This document shows, piece after piece, positions 40,811 through 51,082 of a stretch of DNA of 64,000 nucleotides (position 1 is its first letter; the number at the start of each line of letters is the position of its first letter). Where the stretch lies: the NCBI GenBank assembly GCA_902491515.1, contig CABUIC010000009.1:486-64485 (forward strand), read 5' to 3'. A program made the translations under genes and the position numbers. The notes under the pieces are model-generated. The model was not told where the DNA came from, did not search any database, and was given only the letters and a program-made list of their open reading frames with translations. This DNA comes from an uncultured Porphyromonadaceae bacterium. GTDB lineage: Bacteria > Bacteroidota > Bacteroidia > Bacteroidales > Muribaculaceae.

Positions 40811-40870
40811 CTTGTTTGCTTAGTTTTTGAGGTCTTGCGCGCGCCCGGGGCGCACGCAAGGATTCAGGGG

Positions 40871-41089
40871 TTAATTTTTATGGATTGTCAGGTTGTTCCG
40901 GACGGCGGCGGCGCGGTCCGTGTCGTTGTCGTAGCGCGTGGCCAGCAGGTCGGGGAAGAAAAAGAGCTTCAGAACCGCAAACAGCACGAAGAGCTTGATG
41001 AGAATCAGCACCCAGAGCGAGCGTCCGACGGTCATCGACCGGAAACCGTCGGCGTACATGCGGTATGCCCTTGTCAGAAACTCCTTCAT
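40871..41089 (-). CDS. Small membrane protein upstream of cydAB (DUF4492-like)
   Basis: 72 aa with a single TM helix (LWVLILIKLFVLFAVLKLFFF), co-oriented and immediately upstream of cydA, as in Bacteroides cyd operons. Confidence 0.5.
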   Translation of the reverse strand: MKEFLTRAYRMYADGFRSMTVGRSLWVLILIKLFVLFAVLKLFFFPDLLATRYDNDTDRAAAVRNNLTIHKN

Positions 41090-41092
41090 CTT

Positions 41093-42046
41093 TCATCGGC
41101 AGGAGCCGTCCTTGCGGATTTCCTCCTGTTTATATGGTTCGACATGGATGTTCACTATCGAAAGAGGGCCGAAGGCGCCGCGGATCTGCTTCTCGAGGGC
41201 CGTGGCGATGGCGTGGCCGTCGGCCACCGAGATGTCCGGGTCGACCTTGATGTGCATATCGAGAATAATCCGCGAGCCGTTGCGCCGGGAGCGCAGATGA
41301 TGGAAGGTGATGACTCCCGGAGTGGAGGCCGCAAGCGCCCGTACTTCCTCGAGCTGGACTTCCGGAATGCTCGCGTCAAGAAGCTCACGGCAGGCGGGAA
41401 CTATCATCCTGACACCGACAATGGCAATAAAGACGGCCACCACAACGACAGCCACCGGATCGAGCACCCTCCATTCGGGGCTGAGAAGAACGGCTCCGCC
41501 CACACCTATCAGCGTCGCCAAGGACGAAAGGGCGTCCGAGCGGTGGTGCCACGCATTGGCGATGAGCACCCCGGAATGGAGTCGCCGCCCCACCTTCCGG
41601 GTGTAGCGGAAAAGCCATTCCTTCGACACGATTGACGCCACTATTATAATAAGGGCAAGCGGAGCGGGAGCCTCCAGACGGCCCCCTCTAGCCCAATAGA
41701 CGATTTTCTCCACGCCGTCAATCATCAGCCCGACGGCCACCGCCACGAGCATGACCGCCACAAGAAGCGTCGCTCCGGTCTCGTACTTTCCGCGACCGTA
41801 CTGATACTCCTCGTCAGGCTTTCGCCGGGCGATGCCGACCACGGCAAGAACTATGGCGTCGGTAATGAAATCAGAAAACGAATGCAGTCCGTCGGCCACG
41901 AGTGCCCCGGAGCGGCCTGCAATACCGCCCCAGACCTTGACGGCCCCCAGAACGGCATTGACCCAGAATCCGGTCCATGTCACCCTACGGGCCTCGCTGA
42001 TCTGCCGGGACGTCGATTCCGTTTCGTTGTGTTTGATATCAGTCAT
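41093..42046 (-). CDS. Cation diffusion facilitator (CDF) family transporter
   Basis: ADGLHSFSDFITD motif and six TM helices plus C-terminal cytoplasmic domain. Confidence 0.8.
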   Translation of the reverse strand: MTDIKHNETESTSRQISEARRVTWTGFWVNAVLGAVKVWGGIAGRSGALVADGLHSFSDFITDAIVLAVVGIARRKPDEEYQYGRGKYETGATLLVAVMLVAVAVGLMIDGVEKIVYWARGGRLEAPAPLALIIIVASIVSKEWLFRYTRKVGRRLHSGVLIANAWHHRSDALSSLATLIGVGGAVLLSPEWRVLDPVAVVVVAVFIAIVGVRMIVPACRELLDASIPEVQLEEVRALAASTPGVITFHHLRSRRNGSRIILDMHIKVDPDISVADGHAIATALEKQIRGAFGPLSIVNIHVEPYKQEEIRKDGSCR

Positions 42047-42600
42047 GCATTGCTTGTGCTAATATTGCGCAAGATAATAAAAAAAAATGGAACACACAAA
42101 AAAATGTTCACTCAAAAACGCTCTGAGCGGCGTGTGAAATTTTTAAGCGTCTGAAAGCAATTAGCTTAAAATTTCTAACAGCTCCGGGAAAGCGCCGACA
42201 ACCTCACTGCCAAAAAGAAAGCCGGATATTTACTATCCATACTCCACGGGGGCTACAACATGCCATAAAGCTATACTGAATAACATATTTCTACAACACA
42301 TCTACGAATTAAATTTTTTTAATAAAAATTATTGCAATACCGGTTAGCTATGGTTTTACTTAAAATTTCAAATCATATTCAGCGCTATCCCTTAACAAAA
42401 TTCCCACAACAGCCAGAATTTAGATTTTCATTAAGTCCATTCGCTCTCAGGTTGCCCTGAAGGAATTTGGACAATTCAAAATTGTAAGCTACCTTTGTAC
42501 TCGGAAATGATACAACAAGCCTAAGCATTGAGTGAATGCTTTCATATTAAAACAAATCTGGAATAGACATATAATCTAACATTAAGTACTATGTGTAAGA

Positions 42601-42634
42601 CAAACAGAGCCGCCCGGGAGGGTGGCTCTGTTTG
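42601..42634. terminator. Hairpin terminator (caaacagagcc gcccgggagggt ggctctgtttg)
   Basis: 11-bp perfect stem directly downstream of the rubredoxin stop, followed by a T-rich tract on the plus strand. Confidence 0.55.
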
Positions 42635-42655
42635 TCTTTTCGTTGCGCTGAATCG

Positions 42656-42817
42656 TCATTCTTCCGGCTTGAACTGGTCCTTGCCAACGCCGCAGACGGG
42701 GCACACCCAGTCGTCGGGAAGATCGGCGAAAGCTGTTCCGGGAGCGATTCCGTTGTCAGGATCGCCTGTTGACGGGTCATATTCCCATCCGCATACTTCA
42801 CATACGTACTTTTCCAT
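42656..42817 (-). CDS. Rubredoxin (53 aa); not in the supplied ORF track because it is under 60 aa
   Basis: Manual translation [53 protein letters not shown] with CxxCG...CPxCG motifs. Directly upstream of hcp. Confidence 0.85.
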   Translation of the reverse strand: MEKYVCEVCGWEYDPSTGDPDNGIAPGTAFADLPDDWVCPVCGVGKDQFKPEE

Positions 42818-42830
42818 AATTCAGAGAGTT

Positions 42831-44468
42831 TTAGGGGTTGATTAATGTTTTCATATCTTCGTCTATGGTAGTTATCGTACCGATGTTGAATTTCTCCTGA
42901 AGTACCTTCACTACGTCGGGGGTGAAAAACGCAGGAAGCGTCGGCCCGGTATGGATGTTCTTGACTCCGAGAGCCAGAAGGGCGAGAAGTACAATCACCG
43001 CTTTCTGCTCGTACCACGCGATGTTGTACACAATCGGGAGCTCGTTCAGACTCTTCAGCCCGAAAGCATCCTTAAGCGCAGTCGCTATCACAACGAGAGA
43101 ATAGCTGTCGTTGCACTGGCCGGCGTCAAGAACGCGGGGCACACCCTCGATGTCTCCGAGCGGCAGTTTGTTGTAGCGGTATTTGGCACATCCCGCAGTC
43201 AGAATCACACAGTCCTCAGGCAGTTTTTCGGCGAATTCCGTATAGTACTTTCTAGAAAGCATGCGGCCGTCGCAGCCCGCCATCACCACAAACTTGCGGA
43301 TTTTGCCTCTCTTGATGAGGTCTGTCACCTTCGGCGCGAGCTCTATCACCTGGTGGTGGGCGAATCCGGCGACGATCTTACCGCTCTCGAGAGCCTTGGG
43401 TGGCTGACACTTCCGCGCGCGCTCGATTATCTCCGAGAAATCCTTCTTGCCGTCCTTTCCTGCCGTGATATGGCGGGTGCCGGGCATTCCCACCACTCCT
43501 GTCGTGTAGACACGGTCCATGTATGTGGTCGAAGGCCGCGGGGGCACGATGCAGTTGGAGGTGAAGAGGAACATTCCGTTGAACGACTCGAATTCCTCGG
43601 TCTGCCGCCACCATGCGTTGCCGTAGTTGCCGGCGAAGTGCGGAAATTTCTTGAAGAAGGGATAGCTCTGCGCGGGAAGCATTTCCGAGTGTGTGTAAAT
43701 ATCCACACCTTTGCCTTCCGACTGCTCGAGAAGCTCTTCCAGGTCCTTGAGGTCGTGGCCACTGACAAGGATTCCGGGGCGTTCGCGCACGCCGGTTTCC
43801 ACTTCAGTGATTTCGGGGTTGCCATAGGTGGAGGTATTGGCCTCGTCAAGAAGAGCCATGGCCTTCACCCCGCCTTCGCCAACGCCGAGCACAAGAGAGA
43901 AGAGCGCGTCGGTGTCGATGTCCTGTCGGCTCACCTCGGCGAGCGCGTCCTCGATAACGGCATAGACGTCCTCGTTTTCAAATCCGAGATTCAGCGCATG
44001 CCGCGCATATGCCGCCATACCCTTGCAACCATAGATTGCGAGCTGTTTGAGACCGCGGATATCGGGGTCCTTCTCGGCGAGGACTCCGGTAAGAGCCTCG
44101 TATTTTTCATAATCCTCAGGCTTGGCCTCGAACTCCACTTCAGGCATTTCCGGGAGCGCCACGCCTTCCTTCTTGGCGCGGCCGCAGAGAAGGTTCTTCA
44201 GCTCGAAGGCGCGGCGTATATAGACGTCAAGCATGGGATTGTCGAAATTCGCGTTGGTGATTGTCGTAAACAGCGCGTCGATTAAGAAATGCGAGGCCTC
44301 GCGTGAGGCACTGTGCTTTTCGCGCAGGGCGCGGTTCACAGCCGCCATACCCCTCACTGCGTAAAGCAACAGATCCATACGGCCGGAAGTGTCGGCCTTC
44401 TTGCCGCAGACGCCCTGGATTTCACATCCTTTGCCACGTGCAGTCTCCTGGCACTGGTAGCAGAACAT
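42831..44468 (-). CDS. hcp: Hydroxylamine reductase / hybrid-cluster protein
   Basis: N-terminal MFCYQCQETARGKGC Cys cluster. Start set at ATG 44466-44468. Confidence 0.9.
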   Translation of the reverse strand: MFCYQCQETARGKGCEIQGVCGKKADTSGRMDLLLYAVRGMAAVNRALREKHSASREASHFLIDALFTTITNANFDNPMLDVYIRRAFELKNLLCGRAKKEGVALPEMPEVEFEAKPEDYEKYEALTGVLAEKDPDIRGLKQLAIYGCKGMAAYARHALNLGFENEDVYAVIEDALAEVSRQDIDTDALFSLVLGVGEGGVKAMALLDEANTSTYGNPEITEVETGVRERPGILVSGHDLKDLEELLEQSEGKGVDIYTHSEMLPAQSYPFFKKFPHFAGNYGNAWWRQTEEFESFNGMFLFTSNCIVPPRPSTTYMDRVYTTGVVGMPGTRHITAGKDGKKDFSEIIERARKCQPPKALESGKIVAGFAHHQVIELAPKVTDLIKRGKIRKFVVMAGCDGRMLSRKYYTEFAEKLPEDCVILTAGCAKYRYNKLPLGDIEGVPRVLDAGQCNDSYSLVVIATALKDAFGLKSLNELPIVYNIAWYEQKAVIVLLALLALGVKNIHTGPTLPAFFTPDVVKVLQEKFNIGTITTIDEDMKTLINP

Positions 44469-44491
44469 TTTCGGTGTGCCGTCCATAGTCC

Positions 44492-44821
44492 TTACGCCTT
44501 GATTTTGACAAGCATGATTTTCGTATCCGTCCTGGCAACGACGCTGTGCTGGACCTGCTGGCCCATGAGCAAAAACTCACCGGTCTTCAGCTCGTGGGGA
44601 ACGCCAAGCATCGTAAACTCGACGTTTCCTTCAAGCACATACACCATCACCTCGGCGGGAGCTGTATGGGTAGGAAGATTCTGCCCGGCTTTGAAATCGA
44701 GCAGGACAACGCCGCCGTTGGCGTTTTCAAAAATTCTTTGGAACCGGACCTTTTCATCGTCCGGAGTAATGGTCGAGGACAGGTTATGAACCTCTCCGAA
44801 TCTGAAATCAGTACTCAACAT
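44492..44821 (-). CDS. Cupin domain protein
   Basis: Cupin His motifs (PTHTAP...VYVLEG...H). Sits 5 bp upstream of hcp. Confidence 0.6.
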   Translation of the reverse strand: MLSTDFRFGEVHNLSSTITPDDEKVRFQRIFENANGGVVLLDFKAGQNLPTHTAPAEVMVYVLEGNVEFTMLGVPHELKTGEFLLMGQQVQHSVVARTDTKIMLVKIKA

Positions 44822-44955
44822 ATCGCTTCGTTTTTTTAAATGTCAAGGGCTAAGAAGCCGTCTGCTCTAAAAACACGGAACCTGCGTTCAAAGTTCACAC
44901 CTCCCGAAATGCAAAAATAAAAATACCGGGGCTTGCTTTGTTCGCATAAAAAGAG

Positions 44956-44963
44956 TAACTTTG
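44956..44963 (+). promoter_or_regulatory. Bacteroidota sigma-A -7 element TAACTTTG upstream of tRNA-Arg
   Basis: Matches the TAnnTTTG consensus about 18 nt before the mature tRNA 5' end. Confidence 0.45.
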
Positions 44964-44980
44964 CAGACCGAAAACCGCAT

Positions 44981-45052
44981 GGCCTGGTAGTTCAATGGAT
45001 AGAACGAGGGTTTCCTAAACCTTAAATCGGGGTTCGATTCCCCGCCGGGCTA
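44981..45052 (+). tRNA. tRNA-Arg (anticodon CCT)
   Basis: Cloverleaf by hand: acceptor GGCCTGG/CCGGGCT (two G-U pairs), D arm GTTC-AATGGATA-GAAC, anticodon loop TTCCTAA, T arm CGGGG-TTCGATT-CCCCG. Followed by a hairpin at 45062-45100. Confidence 0.8.
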
Positions 45053-45242
45053 CGAAGAGAGAAGAGCAAATCGCTATCAATAAGCGACTTGCTCTTTCAT
45101 TTAACGAATCATTGCTTGACGGAAGAGGTGTCCCTTGGAAACCTCTTCCGATTTTTTCGCAAAATAATGCAATATAATTTGGAAATTAACAATTTAATAT
45201 GTAACTTTGCACCGTAAACCTTTATCTAAAAAATCAAATTCT

Positions 45243-45998
45243 ATGAATACCCCCTTCCGGATTCTCGGCGCCGCCGCGTGGTTCGAACTCGCCACCAAAG
45301 CTGCAAACCGTGTGAAAATCTACTCAAGCTGCTGGCACGAAGGCGAATTTGCCTGCGTCCTCGGCTCCAACCCTGCCGATGCCGCCCAAAAGGCCCTTCG
45401 CGTGGCCGAAACTGTTGCCGAAACCCGCAGGGTTCTCCTTTTCGACCTCCAGGGAGACCTCCGCAACTACGCCGCCTGCGCCCGCGCCCCCCGCAAGCTC
45501 CTCCGCGTAAACCTCGACCTCGCAAGCCTGGACCCCAAGGACATCGATGGCTTAATGACCGGAATCGAACAGACCATAACCGCCTCCGGAGCAGGCGTCT
45601 GCGTCATCGACTCCCTCTTCCACCTCTGCGAGTGGCGAGGCAAGTCCGCAGGCGCGCGCTTCTTCATCCTAAAGCTCCGCGAACTGACCCGTCGCCTCGG
45701 CATTTCCCTCCTCATCGGCGCCACCGCCTGCAAACGAATCCCCAAAAACACCGGCCCCGGCGCCGAACACCTCCCAAAAGGCACAGCCCCGTTCATCGAC
45801 GCGATAATAACCGAAGACCCGGCTCCGGAAGCCGAAAAAAATACCGCCATCCCGGCGCCCTCAGTCGCCGGGGCCGATAAGTCTGTCAGGGCCGACAGGT
45901 CGGTAGAACCCGGCCGGTCCGAAAAACCGGATACCCCCTCCCCTATCCGCCAAAAGCTTTCCCACCGTCTCTCCCACCCCGGCGTCAGGTACCGCTAA
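45243..45998 (+). CDS. Hypothetical protein with a RecA/DnaB-like fold lacking Walker A, and a Pro/Ala-rich C-terminal tail
   Basis: Walker-B-like GVCVIDSL and a DnaB-like C-terminal strand region, but no GxxxxGK[ST]. TAACTTTG -7 box at 45202-45209. Start at ATG 45243. Confidence 0.35.
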   Translation: MNTPFRILGAAAWFELATKAANRVKIYSSCWHEGEFACVLGSNPADAAQKALRVAETVAETRRVLLFDLQGDLRNYAACARAPRKLLRVNLDLASLDPKDIDGLMTGIEQTITASGAGVCVIDSLFHLCEWRGKSAGARFFILKLRELTRRLGISLLIGATACKRIPKNTGPGAEHLPKGTAPFIDAIITEDPAPEAEKNTAIPAPSVAGADKSVRADRSVEPGRSEKPDTPSPIRQKLSHRLSHPGVRYR

Positions 45999-46120
45999 TT
46001 GCCGCGACAAGAAGTATTCCGGACAGCGTTTCAATTGTTTTTCTTATGCCCGAAGGAAATTCAATCAAAACCGCTATCTTTGCAGTCTGATTTGGAGTTC
46101 TTATATTTTACATTTAGATT

Positions 46121-46885
46121 ATGACTGAATCGATTTTTATTACCGGTGGAGCTTCGGGGATGGGGGCGGCCTGCGCGCGGCTGTTCCTCGAGAGAGGCTG
46201 GCGCGTGGCTGTCTATGACTTGCAGGACTCAGAAGGACTTCAGAAACTCCGGGAGCGCTTCGGGGAGGAGCGTCTGGCATTTTTCCGCGGCGACACCCTC
46301 GACCGCGGGGCGCTTGAACAGGCGGCCTCGGAAGCGGAAAAGCGCTTCGGTGGACTCGGCTCCGTGTTCGCCGGGGCCGGAGTGCATCATTCGGACACGG
46401 TCTTGTCCGTGACCGACGAGGACCTGCACCGCCTGATTGACATCAATATTGTTGGCACAATCAACACCCTGCGCGCCACTCTGCCCCACATCATCGCCTC
46501 GGGCGGGGGCTCGGCGGTGTTGAACGCTTCCGACCAGTCGTTCATCGGAAAGCCCCACAGCTTCGCATACGGACTCACCAAGGGAGCCATCGGCCAGATG
46601 TGCAAGGGCATGGCTCTCGACCTCGCACCGAAAGGCGTGCGCGTAAACGCAATATGCCCCGGGACCATACGCACACCGATGGTCGACGCTATTTTCGAGC
46701 GTTGCTCGGCCTCGGGAGCGGGGAGCATCGAAGATCTCTGGGCCGGGGAAGCCGCCCTCTTCCCGCTCGGCCGCGTCGGCCAACCGGAGGAAGTGGCAAA
46801 GCTTGTATATTTCCTTGCTTCGGACGACTCGTCGTTCACCACCGGTTCGCTCTACCCCATCGACGGCGGCATCACTGCCGGATAA
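46121..46885 (+). CDS. SDR family NAD(P)-dependent oxidoreductase
   Basis: TGGASGMG Rossmann motif and YxxxK catalytic motif. -7 box TATCTTTG at 46075-46082. Confidence 0.8.
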   Translation: MTESIFITGGASGMGAACARLFLERGWRVAVYDLQDSEGLQKLRERFGEERLAFFRGDTLDRGALEQAASEAEKRFGGLGSVFAGAGVHHSDTVLSVTDEDLHRLIDINIVGTINTLRATLPHIIASGGGSAVLNASDQSFIGKPHSFAYGLTKGAIGQMCKGMALDLAPKGVRVNAICPGTIRTPMVDAIFERCSASGAGSIEDLWAGEAALFPLGRVGQPEEVAKLVYFLASDDSSFTTGSLYPIDGGITAG

Positions 46886-49712
46886 GCACCGACACGGCCG
46901 AGGAATTGCGCCCCGGCATCTGGTCGACGCATATCTGCACCGGAAATCGGTCGCGGAGGCTTTCGATATGGCTTATTATTCCAACGCGGCGTCCGCCGTG
47001 GCGCCGGAGGGCGTCGAGAGTGTTGACGGCGTCCTCGAGGGCCTGACCGCTCAGGTTGCCGAACCCCTCGTCGATAAAAAGGGTGTCGACAGCGAGACCG
47101 GACGAGATGTCGGCCAGGGCGAGAGCAAGGGCAAGAGACACCACGAAAGTCTCGCCGCCGGAGATGTGCTGGGCCGAGCGCCGGGCATTGCCGTCGTAGC
47201 TGTCCACGACGTATATCGCATAGCTGTTGGGCTCGCCTTCGAGCCGATAGCGGTCCATAAGGCTCTTCATATAGAAATTGGCGCTGTGGATGAGGTTGGC
47301 AAGGACGTAGCTCTGAGCTATGGTTCTGAATTTCTTGCCGTCGGCGCTCCCGAAGAGGTCGGAGAGGCGTCTGTACATCCCGGCCCTTTTCTCAAGGACC
47401 TCGACCTGCTCCATTATTGCCTTCCGCCGGCTGGCGTTACGGGCGTCGGCATCGAGCTGCGCCTGAAGCTTGCCCACGGCCTCCCTTGCCGATGCCAGTT
47501 CGCTGTCGGCGACATCCGCAAGGGCTTTGAGTTCTTCGGGAGCCGCCCCCTCCGGAAGCTCGGGCGGACATTTATCCGCATGGGCCCGCAACGCTCTTTC
47601 GGAGTCCTCCGCGGAGGTCCGGGCGGCTGTCAGGCCGTCGGCAAGGGCCTTTTCTTCGGCTCTCTGTCCTTGAATTTCCGATCTGTCCGCAGAGCACAGC
47701 CGGGCGAAATACGCCTCGCCGTAGCCATGTTCCTTTCTGAAAGAATCGAGCACAAGCCCGAGTCTCGCGGCCTCGGCGCGGGCGGCGGCGAGGCGTGACT
47801 CGAGGGACGAGTGGCGCCCCATAAACTGCGAGGCCTCCGCCAAAAGCTTCTCGTCGAAGGATTTCGCGGGAGCCGCCGGCTCGCTGAACCATTCCGGCCT
47901 GCTCTCGCGCATGGCCTCCATCGCGGGACCGAGGGCCGCACGGCGGTTGCGCAGCGTTGTACGCTCGCTCTCGAGCTTGCCGCGGACATCGGCGAGATGG
48001 ACGCGCGCGCTGTTCGTGGCATTCCGCGCAGAATCATGTACTTTCGCCGCCTCATCCCTGACTTTCAGAGCCTTGGAATGGCGGGCGTCAACTGCCTCCG
48101 CATCCTCCGGCTCCAGCGTCGCCGCAAGTTCCGCCACATCGGGGTGGCGTTCCTTGTGGGTCTTCAACCGAGCTTCAAGCTGAGGCACAGCCTTTTCCGA
48201 CTGCGCAAGAATGGTCTCCAGTCTTACAATCTCATCATTGCAGGCCTTCACGGCCGCCGTGGCCTCCTCGGCAAGACGCTTCTGCCCGGCGAGAGTTGCC
48301 GAGAAAACGCTGTCGACAGCGGGTATGGCCTCTTCGATTCCCCTCAGACACACGGGACAGACATCCCCTACCTTCAGCTTCGAGCGCAGTTTGGCGATAG
48401 CCTCGCTGAAGGAGAGTTCCACGGTATTGTACGCGTGGACCGCCTTCTCCTCCCGGACTTTCAGTCCCGGAAGTTCCGCCCGTTTCCGCCCGAGGGCTAC
48501 CGCATTCCGGCCAGCCTCGGCCCGCATTTCCCCGAGCATACGCTCCTCCGAGCAAATCTTCAGCGCACGGCTCACTGTGAGTTCTTTCTCGGCGCTTTCA
48601 AGCGCCTCGCGCGCCGATTTCTCCTTCTCTTCAGCCGCGGCGAGGGCCTTTTCCGCGGCCTTCTCCCTGTTTATACAGTCGTCAAGAAAATCATCCTTGC
48701 AGATAAGCGCATAAGCGCTCCTCAGCCGTCCCAGCTGTGAAGTCATCCCGGCAAGGTCGCGGTCAATCGCGGCGATTTCCTTTCTCCTCAGCGCGAGGGC
48801 CGCCGCATCGGCGCGGGGAGCCTCGGCGCCCTCCCAGTCCGTCAGGAACTTCCGGCGCTCCGCCGCCTTGTCGGAGTTATAGGCCCGCTCGGCCTCCGCA
48901 AGCCTCGTCCCCGCGGTCCTGCGGGCCGTCTCGAGCTCAATCCCCGTGCACACATATCTGTACATGGAATCCGCCTTGCGGAATCTTTCCTGAGCCGCCG
49001 CGGACTTTGCTTTTTCTTCCGCGAGGGAGGCGCGTATGGCATCCGCCTCCTCATCGCTGAGACAGCTGAGCACCGTCAGTTTTCCTTTCTCGTTCTCCAG
49101 AGCCTGACGGGCATCGGCCGCGGCATTGTATATCGCTATGCCCATGCGCGTATAATGCTGAGTGCCGGTCAGTTTTTCAAGGATTACGGCCTTGTCGTCG
49201 TCGGTCCCCTTGAGGAAGCTCGCGAACTGCCCCTGGGCGAGGACTGTCGTCCGGCAGAAGTCGGCGAAGTCGAGGCCGATAAGCCCGGTCAGCACCGGGT
49301 CTACCTCCTTGTTTCTGTATGTTGTTTCTTCGGGAGTGCCGGGGTTCACGGTCAGCAGGCGCAGGGCGGCGCGGACCTTACCCTCGGGCGATTTTTTGGC
49401 CGTGCGCCTCTCCCACGAGGCCACGCAGGGGCTGCCGTCGTTGGCCGTGAATTCCAGTTCCACCGACGAGCAAGATGTTCCCCGGCGCATTATCCGCACC
49501 GTATCGGACTCCTCGCCCTTTTTCCTTGGCGACAGGCGGGGAGTGCCGCCGAAGAGCGCGAGGCAGACGGAGTCGAGAATCGTGGATTTGCCCGCCCCGA
49601 CGTTCCCGCAAATCAGAAACACGTCCGTATCGACAAGCGGCGAGGCCGAGAAGTCGATTTCCGCGTCCTCTATCGAGGCTATGTTGTGGATTTTGAGTCG
49701 CCGGATTTTCAT
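46872..49712 (-). CDS. sbcC: SbcC-like DNA repair exonuclease ATPase subunit
   Basis: N-terminal Walker A FLICGNVGAGKSTILD, long coiled coil with central CxxC zinc hook (CPVC), C-terminal signature/D-loop. Confidence 0.8.
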   Translation of the reverse strand: MKIRRLKIHNIASIEDAEIDFSASPLVDTDVFLICGNVGAGKSTILDSVCLALFGGTPRLSPRKKGEESDTVRIMRRGTSCSSVELEFTANDGSPCVASWERRTAKKSPEGKVRAALRLLTVNPGTPEETTYRNKEVDPVLTGLIGLDFADFCRTTVLAQGQFASFLKGTDDDKAVILEKLTGTQHYTRMGIAIYNAAADARQALENEKGKLTVLSCLSDEEADAIRASLAEEKAKSAAAQERFRKADSMYRYVCTGIELETARRTAGTRLAEAERAYNSDKAAERRKFLTDWEGAEAPRADAAALALRRKEIAAIDRDLAGMTSQLGRLRSAYALICKDDFLDDCINREKAAEKALAAAEEKEKSAREALESAEKELTVSRALKICSEERMLGEMRAEAGRNAVALGRKRAELPGLKVREEKAVHAYNTVELSFSEAIAKLRSKLKVGDVCPVCLRGIEEAIPAVDSVFSATLAGQKRLAEEATAAVKACNDEIVRLETILAQSEKAVPQLEARLKTHKERHPDVAELAATLEPEDAEAVDARHSKALKVRDEAAKVHDSARNATNSARVHLADVRGKLESERTTLRNRRAALGPAMEAMRESRPEWFSEPAAPAKSFDEKLLAEASQFMGRHSSLESRLAAARAEAARLGLVLDSFRKEHGYGEAYFARLCSADRSEIQGQRAEEKALADGLTAARTSAEDSERALRAHADKCPPELPEGAAPEELKALADVADSELASAREAVGKLQAQLDADARNASRRKAIMEQVEVLEKRAGMYRRLSDLFGSADGKKFRTIAQSYVLANLIHSANFYMKSLMDRYRLEGEPNSYAIYVVDSYDGNARRSAQHISGGETFVVSLALALALADISSGLAVDTLFIDEGFGNLSGQALEDAVNTLDALRRHGGRRVGIISHIESLRDRFPVQICVDQMPGRNSSAVSVLIRQ

Positions 49713-50938
49713 TGGTCGTCGATCGATGTATAGATTTCACGAAAAAGCGCCTGAAGCTCGGGCGTAAAATCACAGCCGATGTCGCCGGCATAGCGGCAGG
49801 CGAGACTGAAGGGGTCAACGTCCTTGAACTCAGCCACGGAGAAACCTCTTCCCGCCTCCCCGGATTCCCTGTCGGCCCCGGCGTCGCGGGAATTTATGGC
49901 GCAAAGTATGGCTTCCTTGCCCTCCAGCGCTCTGAGAGCCTCCTCCCTCGCTCCGGCGTGGAGAAATCCGTCAACAAGCACATTAAGCCTCAGGAGGCAC
50001 TTCTTTCCGGCCGGAAGCGCGACTAAAGCCGCCATGCACTCCTCCCAGCGGGCGAAGCCGCGGGCCGGAATATTGACGAGCGGACAGGGGTCGTCCATCG
50101 GCACCGTGGATATTTCCACTCCTGCGTCCTCTCCGTGGCCGCTTATGCGCACGATGCTCAGAGAGTGCGCGAACCGCTCGTCGAAGGACACACCCATCGG
50201 CGTGCCGCAGTAGCGCGCCACCGCCGGGCCTCCGGCTATCCTGAACGTGGCCGGGTGATGTATATGTCCCAGCGCGAGATAGTCGAAGCCCTCGCCGAAG
50301 TCCTCGAGACGCACCACATCGATGCCGCCGACCGAATCCGGGTTCTCCTCGTCCGTAACATCCTTGAAGTACTGCGCGTTACCGACCGAGGTATGCGCCA
50401 TCGCAACCACCGGAAGGCCTTCCCGGTTTCTGCCGGATATATACGCGAGCATCGCGGGCCAGAGCCCTTCCGGCATATTCCGGGGATGGACATACGGCAC
50501 CGCCAGAATAAACCCGCACCCCGGCACCTCCACAACAAGGCGCCTGTTGGCCTCGGCAAGAGCCTCGGGTCCGGCTACAGGCTCCACGCGGGAGACGGTG
50601 CCGACCATGTCGACGCCCGCGAAATCCCAGAGCTCGCGGAAGGCCTCGTGGCGGGAGGAACTGTCGTGGTTCCCCGCCGTGATGACGATGCGCATCTCCG
50701 GACCGCCGACGCGCCGCATAGCGGCGACGCCTTCGGCGAGCAGCCGCTCGGCGCGGACCGAGGGCTGGGACGTGTTGTACACGTCGCCGCTCACAAGCAC
50801 GGCGTGCGGATGTGTTTCCGACACCGCCCGGACTATCTGACGCATCATATCTTCCTGTCGTTCAATACAGTTGAAGTCATGCAAACTGAGTCCGAGGTGT
50901 AGGTCGGAGGTATGGAGGATGGTGAAGGGTTCTTGCAT
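49709..50938 (-). CDS. sbcD: SbcD/Mre11-like nuclease
   Basis: Calcineurin-like phosphoesterase motifs (HTSDLHLG, GDVYN, GNHD). Start set at ATG 50936-50938 (MQEPFTIL); the longer track ORF begins with TTG. Confidence 0.8.
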   Translation of the reverse strand: MQEPFTILHTSDLHLGLSLHDFNCIERQEDMMRQIVRAVSETHPHAVLVSGDVYNTSQPSVRAERLLAEGVAAMRRVGGPEMRIVITAGNHDSSSRHEAFRELWDFAGVDMVGTVSRVEPVAGPEALAEANRRLVVEVPGCGFILAVPYVHPRNMPEGLWPAMLAYISGRNREGLPVVAMAHTSVGNAQYFKDVTDEENPDSVGGIDVVRLEDFGEGFDYLALGHIHHPATFRIAGGPAVARYCGTPMGVSFDERFAHSLSIVRISGHGEDAGVEISTVPMDDPCPLVNIPARGFARWEECMAALVALPAGKKCLLRLNVLVDGFLHAGAREEALRALEGKEAILCAINSRDAGADRESGEAGRGFSVAEFKDVDPFSLACRYAGDIGCDFTPELQALFREIYTSIDDQ

Positions 50939-51082
50939 GAAAGTGGCTTCTTTTTGCAAATTTAAGAAAAAAAACACAGCTTCCGGGCCCAAAACCCAAA
51001 AAAAAGTCGTATCTTTGCACCCTGACTTGGCAAAACGAAGCCATGCCGGATAGTTTATCCCGTCCAATCATTAAACTATAAT

